Positions 36,185 through 43,529 of a DNA stretch of 57,719 bases are shown one piece after another. Below the pieces are notes generated by a model. It saw only the letters and a list, made by a program, of their open reading frames with translations. It had not been told where the DNA came from and did no database searches. The stretch is taken from positions 1 through 57,719 of IMG/VR virus record IMGVR_UViG_3300030389_002117; one strand, given 5' to 3'. The stretch comes from a virus. Taxonomy: Duplodnaviria > Caudoviricetes. Numbering within the stretch: position 1 is the stretch's first letter; each line of letters opens with the position of its first letter. Position numbers and translations under genes: made by a program.

Positions 36185-37093
36185 ATGGCAATATCAAGAG
36201 CACAACTCCTTAAAGAACTACTTCCTGGGTTAAACGCATTATTCGGTTTAGAGTATGCAAAATATACCGAGGAGCACGCAGAAATTTTTGAAGCAGAAAC
36301 TTCTGACCGTTCTTTTGAAGAAGAAACCAAGCTGTCAGGCTTTTCAGCGGCACCAGTCAAAGACGAAGGTACAGCCATCGAATATGACAATGCACAAGAA
36401 GCTTTTACAGCTCGTTATAACCATGAAACAGTGGCAATGGGTTTTTCAATTACTGAAGAAGCTATTGAGGATAACCTGTATGATTCTTTATCTGCACGTT
36501 ATACAAAAGCACTCGCTCGTGCTATGGCGTATACAAAACAAGTTAAGGCAGCTTCTATTTTGAACAATGCCTTTGACTCAGGCACTACCTACGGCGATGG
36601 AGTAGAACTTTGCTCTACTGCACACCCGCTTGTAAGTGGTGGCACAAACTCCAACGAACCAGCAACAGGGGCTGACTTAAATGAGACTTCTCTCGAAGCT
36701 GCGATCATACAGATTTCGCAGTGGACTGATGAGAGAGGACTTTTGATTGCATCAAGAGCTCGTAAGCTGATTGTTCCACCCGACCTACAATTTGTAGCAA
36801 CAAGACTGCTTCAGACTGAAGGAAGAACCGGAACAGCAGACAACGACCTCAATGCGATACGTACTATGAGCTCGGTGCCTGAAGGATTTTCTGTTAACCA
36901 TTATTTAACAGATACTGACGCATGGTTCTTAATGACAGACATTCCTAACGGTCTGAAACACTTTACACGTACACCAATGTCAACATCTATGGACGCTGAC
37001 TTTGATACTGGTAATAGTCGTTATAAGGCTAGAGAAAGATACTCATTTGGTGTATCTGATCCTCTAGGAATATTTGGCTCACCAGGAGCGTAA
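36185..37093 (+). CDS. Major capsid protein (HK97 fold)
   Basis: 302 aa, strong SD, K.EG..I.YD, ITEEAIEDNLY and LIVPP.L motifs, followed by a terminator. Confidence 0.85.
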   Translation: MAISRAQLLKELLPGLNALFGLEYAKYTEEHAEIFEAETSDRSFEEETKLSGFSAAPVKDEGTAIEYDNAQEAFTARYNHETVAMGFSITEEAIEDNLYDSLSARYTKALARAMAYTKQVKAASILNNAFDSGTTYGDGVELCSTAHPLVSGGTNSNEPATGADLNETSLEAAIIQISQWTDERGLLIASRARKLIVPPDLQFVATRLLQTEGRTGTADNDLNAIRTMSSVPEGFSVNHYLTDTDAWFLMTDIPNGLKHFTRTPMSTSMDADFDTGNSRYKARERYSFGVSDPLGIFGSPGA

Positions 37094-37100
37094 AAAAATT

Positions 37101-37130
37101 AAAGGGGTGGCTTGAAAACCGCCCCTTTTT
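37101..37130 (+). terminator. Rho-independent terminator after the MCP
   Basis: AAAGGGGTGG-CTTGAAAA-CCGCCCCTTTTT. Confidence 0.8.
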
Positions 37131-37140
37131 ACTTTATACT
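37112..37140 (+). promoter_or_regulatory. Sigma70 promoter overlapping the MCP terminator
   Basis: TTGAAA (37112-37117, in the hairpin loop), 17 bp, TATACT (37135-37140). Confidence 0.65.
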
Positions 37141-37146
37141 AGAGAT

Positions 37147-37192
37147 ACCTTGACAGTTACACAGTGTAACTGACATTTGCCAAGACAAGGAG
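37147..37192 (+). ncRNA. Candidate cis-regulatory 5' leader RNA sequestering the SD
   Basis: CCTTG (37148-52) pairs with CAAGG (37186-90), which overlaps AAGGAG. Inner inverted repeat CAGTTACAC-A-GTGTAACTG. Confidence 0.5.
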
Positions 37193-37198
37193 ATTAAC

Positions 37199-37933
37199 AT
37201 GGGCAATACAACATTTAACGGTGCAGTCCGCTCCGAAAACGGATTTAAAACAATTTCAAGAGCTACAGGGACCGGCATAGATACTGAGCATATCGTTGCT
37301 ACAAGCGGCGGTGTTTTAGAAGTTCAGAAGGTAGCAACATCTGGAAGAGATAATATTGTTGCTGCAGGTACAACTGTAGGTTCTAATAATGCAAGTCTTG
37401 GTACAGCAGCTACAATTTTTAACATTACTCCGAACGCACATGGTTCTGGAATAGCTGACGCCGCAATCAATACTTTTGTCAACAAGATTGGTGGCGATAT
37501 TGTTACTACTATTTTAGTTGACTTACATGGTGGGTTGGCTTCTGGTGGTTCAGCCGATGATGTTATTGGTACAGATGGTGGAGCTGCAAATGCTTATATT
37601 GCAGAACTTACAAGTGCCGTAAACGGTATCCCGTACAAGCTAGAGTTCATTTGTTTAGAAGTTCCGACAGGTGGTGACCCAGACATCAATTTAGTTTGTT
37701 CTGCAACGGGAACAACTGCTGAAAATGCTGCTGTGACAAGTGGAACTGTTTTGTTTAATAATGGAGATTTGACATTAGGTCTTCATAATGAAGCAGATGC
37801 AGGGGCTACTTTAGCAGCTTTAAGTAAAAAGTTTCTATATTTAACTAGTGGAGACGCTACTGAAGCAGCGTATACTGCAGGTAAACTTGTTATTAAGATA
37901 CATGGTGCAGCCTTTGATTTTGAAAATGGCTAA
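37199..37933 (+). CDS. Virion structural protein (putative head decoration/fibre)
   Basis: MGNTTFNGAVRSENGF N-terminus, small-residue beta-rich body. Follows the MCP. Confidence 0.6.
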   Translation: MGNTTFNGAVRSENGFKTISRATGTGIDTEHIVATSGGVLEVQKVATSGRDNIVAAGTTVGSNNASLGTAATIFNITPNAHGSGIADAAINTFVNKIGGDIVTTILVDLHGGLASGGSADDVIGTDGGAANAYIAELTSAVNGIPYKLEFICLEVPTGGDPDINLVCSATGTTAENAAVTSGTVLFNNGDLTLGLHNEADAGATLAALSKKFLYLTSGDATEAAYTAGKLVIKIHGAAFDFENG

Positions 37934-37980
37934 TTAACCAGGTGGGGCTAACGCCCCACTCCCTAAAATAGGAGATTAAT

Positions 37981-38583
37981 ATGGGATTATCAGACGTACA
38001 AGCACTTACCATAAATGATGAAAACGCATCTGACGATGACAGAATTGTTACGGCAGCAAGACCAAATACAACAGCCACTTTAGCAAACACGACGTTTGCG
38101 GGAGGTGCGGCTAGAAACATTATTGTTACAACGACTGGCACTGGCGATAATAGTAAAACAACTACAATTACCGGCACCGATGTTTTTGGAGATTCTTTGA
38201 GTGAAACAATCACTTCAACTGGATCAGCAGAAGCTGTTGCAGGTACAAAGTTATTTTTAACTGTTTCAGCCGTAGAGTGTTCTGAACAGTATGCAGCTAA
38301 TATTAAAGTTGGTTCTGGTACATTGTGTGCTCAAGCTGTCAATGGTAGTAATCGTGTTAGATTAAAAGGCATGTCTATTACATCTGGTGGCACAGCTGGA
38401 GATGTAGAGTTTATTGATGGAGCACCTGAAGATGGAACAACTTTATTTAAGTCTCGCACGATTGGGACAGCTAATACAGTAATTGACAGGACAATACCAT
38501 CAGAAGGAGTTGTTTTTAGGAGCGGGTTATCTGTTAAGTACACGGTAGATGTAGCTGACATGATAACAATTTTCCATGCGTAA
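37981..38583 (+). CDS. Virion structural protein
   Basis: AGGAG SD, Thr/Gly-rich beta protein with ITGTD..G..E.I and IP.EGV.F motifs. Confidence 0.6.
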   Translation: MGLSDVQALTINDENASDDDRIVTAARPNTTATLANTTFAGGAARNIIVTTTGTGDNSKTTTITGTDVFGDSLSETITSTGSAEAVAGTKLFLTVSAVECSEQYAANIKVGSGTLCAQAVNGSNRVRLKGMSITSGGTAGDVEFIDGAPEDGTTLFKSRTIGTANTVIDRTIPSEGVVFRSGLSVKYTVDVADMITIFHA

Positions 38584-38887
38584 GTATTACAAAAGCGGTC
38601 GCAGAGTAAAAGGAAAAGGCATGAAAGGCATGTCCATCAGAAGTGGAGACAAAAGACCCACAAAAGCTGGTGCGGGCATGACCGCTAAAGGTGTAGCTAA
38701 ATATAGGAGACAAAATCCTGGGTCAAAACTTCAAACAGCTGTAACTGAGAAGAAACCCACAGGCAAACGAGCTGCTCGCAGGAAGTCTTTTTGTGCACGA
38801 TCAGCGGGGCAAATGAAAAAGTTTCCAAAGGCAGCTAAAGATCCAAATAGTCGTTTAAGACAAGCCCGAAGAAGGTGGAGATGTTAA
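38576..38887 (+). CDS. Small basic protein (DUF6321-like)
   Basis: GMTAKG..Y...NPGSKL, RRKSFCARS and ARRRWRC. Very Lys/Arg-rich. Confidence 0.7.
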   Translation: MRKYYKSGRRVKGKGMKGMSIRSGDKRPTKAGAGMTAKGVAKYRRQNPGSKLQTAVTEKKPTGKRAARRKSFCARSAGQMKKFPKAAKDPNSRLRQARRRWRC

Positions 38888-39007
38888 GTGGCAATATCGA
38901 GAGCACAAATGGGAAAACAAATAGCAAATCCTCCTCAAAAGAGGAAGTTTTCCAAATTATCACAACAAAGAAAAAAAGTAGCAAAAAAGAAGAGAGAGAA
39001 AAAGTAA
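38888..39007 (+). CDS. 39-aa basic peptide with MCP-identical N-terminus (not in ORF track)
   Basis: GGAG SD 7 nt before GTG. MAISRAQMGKQIANPPQKRKFSKLSQQRKKVAKKKREKK. Abuts the upstream stop and is TAATG-coupled to 39007. Confidence 0.7.
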   Translation: MAISRAQMGKQIANPPQKRKFSKLSQQRKKVAKKKREKK

Positions 39008-39711
39008 TGGCATATTTAATAAGTAATATACCGCATTTTAAATGCTGGGTTCGAAAAGAATACACAAATAATCACGAGAACTATCATGGAGATTATATAC
39101 ATGGTTTGGCGATTGCTGTTAACACGATACCAGACAGATGTTTAAGTTTTCAAGTTGTCTTTACGGGTTGCGAATCAGATGACACTGATGAAGAAAATGT
39201 ACATGGAGGAGCTATGTGGGCTCGTATGCCTATCACAGCTTTAGTTGCTGACCAATGGTATGAAGAGTTCCCTGAAAGAATGGAGACACACTTAGCACAG
39301 CCCTGGGATTGTAGTTCTCATCACCATTCTGTGGTTGTTTTAGAGCGTGTAAGTTCTAGCCCATGGATATGTAAAATAGATGGAGAATTTTATCAAGGTA
39401 AATACTTATTTACCGTAGACTACACAGAGAATCACATAGCTGATGATCCTGCTCAACACAAACAAAGTCATGTGTTGCAGTTAACAGATGCAGGAGAATG
39501 GACAGGCAATATTGTTGCCTTGCCCAATAATAGAGTCAGGGCGACAAGTCCTGCGTTATGGGAGACTGGCGAGGGACCACCAGACTTTAAACCAAGTCAA
39601 TATCTACACGCCGCAGAAATACACAGTAGTTACCTTGACCCAAGTGTAACTTTTGATAATCTATACGCATCACAAGAAGGAGACTCAGAAGATGAAAATG
39701 AAGAAGGATGA
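39007..39711 (+). CDS. Hypothetical globular His/Cys/Trp-rich protein
   Basis: Start moved to ATG 39007 (MAYLISNIP). GGAMWARMPI, QPWDCSSHHH, QHKQSH and ALPNNR motifs. Confidence 0.7.
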   Translation: MAYLISNIPHFKCWVRKEYTNNHENYHGDYIHGLAIAVNTIPDRCLSFQVVFTGCESDDTDEENVHGGAMWARMPITALVADQWYEEFPERMETHLAQPWDCSSHHHSVVVLERVSSSPWICKIDGEFYQGKYLFTVDYTENHIADDPAQHKQSHVLQLTDAGEWTGNIVALPNNRVRATSPALWETGEGPPDFKPSQYLHAAEIHSSYLDPSVTFDNLYASQEGDSEDENEEG

Positions 39712-40204
39712 AAAAAAGAAAAAAAATAAAAAAGGCATGGCTGCCGGTGGTAAAACAAAAAAAGGTTTTGCTATGGGTAAAACTGTTAACATGAAGAAAA
39801 AAGGCATGGCTGCTGGAGGTGAATTAAAAAATGTTGATTCCTCTAAAAACCCTGGGTTAGCCAAGTTACCTGAAGATGTTAGAAATAAAATGGGTTTTAA
39901 GAAAGCAGGGGGTTCTATTAAAAAGAAAAAAGGCATGGCTGCTGGAGGCATGATGAAGAAAAAAGGCATGGCTGCCGGTGGTAAAACGAAAAAAGGTTTT
40001 GCCATGGGTAAAACAGTCAACATGAAGAAAAAAGGCATGGCTGCTGGCGGTAAGATGAAGAAAGGTTTTGCCATGGGCAAAGCTGTTAATATGAAGAAAA
40101 AAGGTATGGCTGCTGGTGGTAGAATGAAGAAAGGCTACGCTAATGGAGGTCAGATCCGGGGAGCTGGTATGGCTCGTGGGGTTAAACCTACATTAATGAG
40201 GTAA
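39692..40204 (+). CDS. Highly basic repeat protein (KKGMAAGG x6, KKGFAMGK x3)
   Basis: AAGGAG SD before ATG 39692. Repeats are visible at DNA and protein level. Confidence 0.8.
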   Translation: MKMKKDEKKKKNKKGMAAGGKTKKGFAMGKTVNMKKKGMAAGGELKNVDSSKNPGLAKLPEDVRNKMGFKKAGGSIKKKKGMAAGGMMKKKGMAAGGKTKKGFAMGKTVNMKKKGMAAGGKMKKGFAMGKAVNMKKKGMAAGGRMKKGYANGGQIRGAGMARGVKPTLMR

Positions 40205-40206
40205 TC

Positions 40207-40380
40207 ATGCGTAGGTATTACAAAGGTGGAGGTAAGATTTGCCCAGCAGGAAAAGCCTGGGCAAAACGAACCTTCGATACGTATCCTAGTGCTTATGCAA
40301 ATATGGCTGCGTCTAAGTATTGTAAGGACCCTAACTATGCTAAAGGTAGCAAAAAGAAAAAAAAGAAAAAGAGGAGCTAA
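40207..40380 (+). CDS. Small basic protein (57 aa, PSAYAN motif, not in ORF track)
   Basis: GAGG SD. MRRYYKGGGKICPAGKAWAKRTFDTYPSAYANMAASKYCKDPNYAKGSKKKKKKKRS. Confidence 0.7.
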   Translation: MRRYYKGGGKICPAGKAWAKRTFDTYPSAYANMAASKYCKDPNYAKGSKKKKKKKRS

Positions 40381-40547
40381 TGCCACATTATACTAAGAAA
40401 TTAACTAAAGTAATTAAAGGTCTAAAGAAAGCATCTAAATTACATGCAGGACAAGCTAAAACTTTAAGTGGTATAAAAAAAGACCAAAAGACTAGATATA
40501 CTATGAATAAACATACCGCTAAAAAACCTGCAAAGAAAAAAAGGTGA
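40380..40547 (+). CDS. Small basic protein (55 aa, not in ORF track)
   Basis: GAGGAG SD, TAATG coupling. MPHYTKKLTKVIKGLKKASKLHAGQAKTL... Confidence 0.7.
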   Translation: MPHYTKKLTKVIKGLKKASKLHAGQAKTLSGIKKDQKTRYTMNKHTAKKPAKKKR

Positions 40548-40551
40548 TCTC

Positions 40552-40821
40552 ATGGGGGCACTTAAAGATTGGGTTAAACAAGATTGGGTTCGTATTGGAA
40601 CTGACGGTAAAATAAAAGGTAAATGCGGGACTTCTAAAGATAAAAAGAACCCTGATAGATGTTTGCCTAGGAGTAAAGCTAATAGTTTGACAAAATCTCA
40701 AAGAGCTCAAACTGCTCGAAAAAAGAAGCGAGAGGGAGCAAAAGGAAAAACTGTGGTAAAAAATACAAAACCTGCTACAGTAAAAATGCGTATAGGTGGA
40801 TTAGCAAGGAGAAAAAGATGA
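40552..40821 (+). CDS. Small basic protein (DUF5872-like)
   Basis: LKDWVKQDWV, KCG and RCLP motifs. Ends MRIGGLARRKR. Confidence 0.65.
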   Translation: MGALKDWVKQDWVRIGTDGKIKGKCGTSKDKKNPDRCLPRSKANSLTKSQRAQTARKKKREGAKGKTVVKNTKPATVKMRIGGLARRKR

Positions 40822-41033
40822 CGCAAAAAGAGATAGCAGACTTGAGAGCAGAATATTTTGATGGTCCTGCTTCTGATTTTCAGGGGTTTTTTGATTTTTT
40901 AAAGTCTAAAGGAGTTGACCCTAAAGATTTTAAAAAATTTAAAAGTGGTGAGCTTGTTAGAAAAAAACGTAAGATTGCTAGAGGTTGTGGTGCGATCATG
41001 GAAAAAAGAAGAAAGAAAACTTTATATATTTAG
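40818..41033 (+). CDS. Small protein with basic C-terminus
   Basis: AAGGAG SD, ATGA overlap. Ends ...IARGCGAIMEKRRKKTLYI. Confidence 0.65.
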   Translation: MTQKEIADLRAEYFDGPASDFQGFFDFLKSKGVDPKDFKKFKSGELVRKKRKIARGCGAIMEKRRKKTLYI

Positions 41034-41041
41034 GAGATGGT

Positions 41042-41374
41042 ATGGCAGATTTAAAAATGGTAGAAGTAGGCACGGATAAAAATGGTAATTCTTTATACAA
41101 TGTTCGTGATAATAGTAGGGGTGGTGAGTTAGTAACCACTGATAAATTAACAGAGTCTGAAGCACTTAGTATGATTATGGGTAGCAACCCAGATAGAAGT
41201 GTTGTTAATACAGAAGTCGCAGAACCCGCTAAAAAAGTTACAATTACCCCAAAATATAAATACATGTCTAAATTAGAGTTAGAGGCTATGATGCGAACTC
41301 ATGGTGTAGAATTAGATAGACGTAAAAGCAAAAAAGCTTTATTAGAAGAAGTAGATAATTATTTTAAAGGATAA
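41042..41374 (+). CDS. Hypothetical protein with C-terminal HeH/Rho-N-like domain
   Basis: AGGAG SD, start moved to 41042. MSKLELEAMMRTHGVELDRRKSKKALLEEV. Confidence 0.65.
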   Translation: MADLKMVEVGTDKNGNSLYNVRDNSRGGELVTTDKLTESEALSMIMGSNPDRSVVNTEVAEPAKKVTITPKYKYMSKLELEAMMRTHGVELDRRKSKKALLEEVDNYFKG

Positions 41375-41377
41375 GTT

Positions 41378-42067
41378 ATGACCACTTCTGGCACTACCGC
41401 ATTTGACATGGACTTTACAGAGATTGCAGAGGAAGCATGGGAACGTGCGGGACGAGAAATGCGATCAGGTTATGATTTAAGAACAGCTCGTAGGTCTATG
41501 AATTTATTAACTATAGAGTGGCAAAACAGAGGTATTAATCTTTGGACTATAGACAGTCAAAGTCAAACTTTAACTGCGGGCACAGGTCAATATACTTTAC
41601 CTGCAGATACGATTGATTTACTCGACCAAGTTATACGAACAAATGCGGGTAATGCTGCTACACAATCTGATCTTACAATTAGTCGTATAGGAGTTACTAC
41701 TTATTCTTCTATCCCTAATAAATTAGTTCAAGGACGACCCATACAAGTTTTTATCGAACGTTTGCGAGACGCTCCTCGAATTAATCTTTACCCTGTACCT
41801 GATTCTTCTACTACATATACATTTGTGTATTTTAGATTACGTAGAATCGAAGACGCAGGGAATGGGGTTGAAACAGCTGATATGAATTTTCGTTTTTTAC
41901 CCTGTTTAGTAGCAGGGCTTGCTTACAACATTGCTATGAAAACACCCGAACTCACTGATCGTGTTGCTATGTTAAAAGCTGATTATGAAGAACAGTATAA
42001 TTTAGCGGCAGGAGAGGACAGAGAAAAAGTATCTGAACGTTTTGTTCCTCGTGTTGGGAGAATCTAA
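41378..42067 (+). CDS. Head-tail adaptor/tail tubular protein A-like
   Basis: G..QYTLP, GRP, YPVPD and CLVAGLAY motifs. Neck-module position. Confidence 0.6.
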   Translation: MTTSGTTAFDMDFTEIAEEAWERAGREMRSGYDLRTARRSMNLLTIEWQNRGINLWTIDSQSQTLTAGTGQYTLPADTIDLLDQVIRTNAGNAATQSDLTISRIGVTTYSSIPNKLVQGRPIQVFIERLRDAPRINLYPVPDSSTTYTFVYFRLRRIEDAGNGVETADMNFRFLPCLVAGLAYNIAMKTPELTDRVAMLKADYEEQYNLAAGEDREKVSERFVPRVGRI

Positions 42068-42420
42068 TGTCTATGAGATTTGCATCAAATAAAAGAGCCA
42101 TAGCTGAGTGTGATATTTGTGGTTTTCAATATAAATTAAAAGAGTTAAGAAGTTTAATTGTTCGGGGAAGAGATACAAATATTCTTGCATGCCCTACTTG
42201 TTGGGGTCCTGACCACCCTCAAAATAAACAAGGTCTTTTTCCTGTGCACGACCCTCAAGCTATACGAAACCCTAGACCAGATTTTGCTGGACGTGCTAGT
42301 AGTAGGAATATACAGTGGGGGTGGAATCCCGTAGGAGATGCTAAAAACTTTTATGGGTTGTCGGTCAATAATCTACAAGCCGTTGGTTCGGTTGGCGAAG
42401 TAACAGTGAGCACGAGTTAA
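42067..42420 (+). CDS. Zn-finger neck-module protein
   Basis: CDICG...CPTCW..DHPQ and DPQA..NPRPD. Confidence 0.65.
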   Translation: MSMRFASNKRAIAECDICGFQYKLKELRSLIVRGRDTNILACPTCWGPDHPQNKQGLFPVHDPQAIRNPRPDFAGRASSRNIQWGWNPVGDAKNFYGLSVNNLQAVGSVGEVTVSTS

Positions 42421-42423
42421 AAT

Positions 42424-43068
42424 ATGAATTACACATCTTTAAAAGCTAATATACAAGATATATGCGAAACAACTTTCACAGACGATCAACTTGCGTTATT
42501 TACACAGCAGGCAGAACAAAAAATATATAATTCCGTACAGTTTCCTGCTTTACGAAAAATAGATAGTGGACCTATAACAGCAACTAATAAATTATATACT
42601 ACCCCAAGCGATTATCTTTATACTTTTAGCATAGCTATAATTGATAGTAACACAACACATTATTTATTAAATAAAGATGTTAACTTTTTGCGGGACGCAT
42701 ACCCTATAACTACAAGTGCAAAACAAGGTCGCCCTAAGTTTTATGCTTACCATACAACAACAGGGTCTACTGTTAATTTAATGTTTGCCCCTACACCAGA
42801 CCAAAACTATGAAATAGAACATATATACGGACACTACCCTACTTCTATTGTTACTTCTGGAGGGACTTATCTGGGGGATCATTTTGATTCTGCGTTATTA
42901 AACGGAGCTTTGGTTGAAGCCATACGGTTTCAAAAAGGAGAACCAGACGTTGTTGCTATGTATAAAGAACAATATGTTTTATCCATGAGCTTGTTAAAAC
43001 AATTTGGTGATGGTAAATTAAGACAAGATTATTATCGTTCAGGGCAGTTTAGAACAGATGTTGGTTAA
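42424..43068 (+). CDS. Second adaptor/connector-like protein
   Basis: MNY..L...I, GRPKFY, FAPTPD..Y and LL.G.LVEA motifs. Resembles 41378-42067. Confidence 0.6.
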   Translation: MNYTSLKANIQDICETTFTDDQLALFTQQAEQKIYNSVQFPALRKIDSGPITATNKLYTTPSDYLYTFSIAIIDSNTTHYLLNKDVNFLRDAYPITTSAKQGRPKFYAYHTTTGSTVNLMFAPTPDQNYEIEHIYGHYPTSIVTSGGTYLGDHFDSALLNGALVEAIRFQKGEPDVVAMYKEQYVLSMSLLKQFGDGKLRQDYYRSGQFRTDVG

Positions 43069-43077
43069 GGAGATAAA

Positions 43078-43518
43078 GTGGCTTTTACAGGTAATTTTTT
43101 ATGCACATCTTTTAAGGTAGCTCTTTTAAATGGAGAGATGGACTTCAGCAGTGATACCTCTCAAACATTTAAAATTGCTTTGTATACCAATAGTGCAAGT
43201 TTTGATGCATCTACTACAGCCTATACAACAACAAATGAAATAAGTGGCACAGGATATACTGCGGGTGGAAATACTTTAACCATAGCAACTAACCCTACAA
43301 GCGATACTGGCGGCACTGTAGCATATTTAGATTTTTCTGATACAACTTGGACGAGTGCAACTATTACAGCTAGAGGAGCTTTAATATATAAATCAGGAGG
43401 TACAAATCCAGCCATAGCTGTTTTAGATTTTGGAGCCGACAAGTCAACAATTTCTGGAACGTTTAAGGTTGAATTTCCTGTTTCAAACGCCACCACCGCA
43501 ATATTACGAATAGCTTAG
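43078..43518 (+). CDS. Tail-associated structural protein
   Basis: AAGGAG SD before GTG. FKIALY, E.SGTGYTAGG and ARGALIY motifs. Confidence 0.65.
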   Translation: MAFTGNFLCTSFKVALLNGEMDFSSDTSQTFKIALYTNSASFDASTTAYTTTNEISGTGYTAGGNTLTIATNPTSDTGGTVAYLDFSDTTWTSATITARGALIYKSGGTNPAIAVLDFGADKSTISGTFKVEFPVSNATTAILRIA

Positions 43519-43529
43519 AGGAATAAAAT

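Noticed and set aside
37941-37960. GC hairpin as a terminator
   Set aside because: No U-tract follows. At most a stabilising or processing stem.
38875-39006. N-terminal extension of the track ORF 38875-39711
   Set aside because: Better explained by the separate MAISRAQ ORF in another frame and a TAATG-coupled start at 39007.
39685-40080. Antisense hydrophobic repeat ORF (MPFFF...) and other antisense track ORFs such as 15738-16289 and 55792-56514
   Set aside because: Mirror frames of genes on the operon strand, without SD or coupling support.
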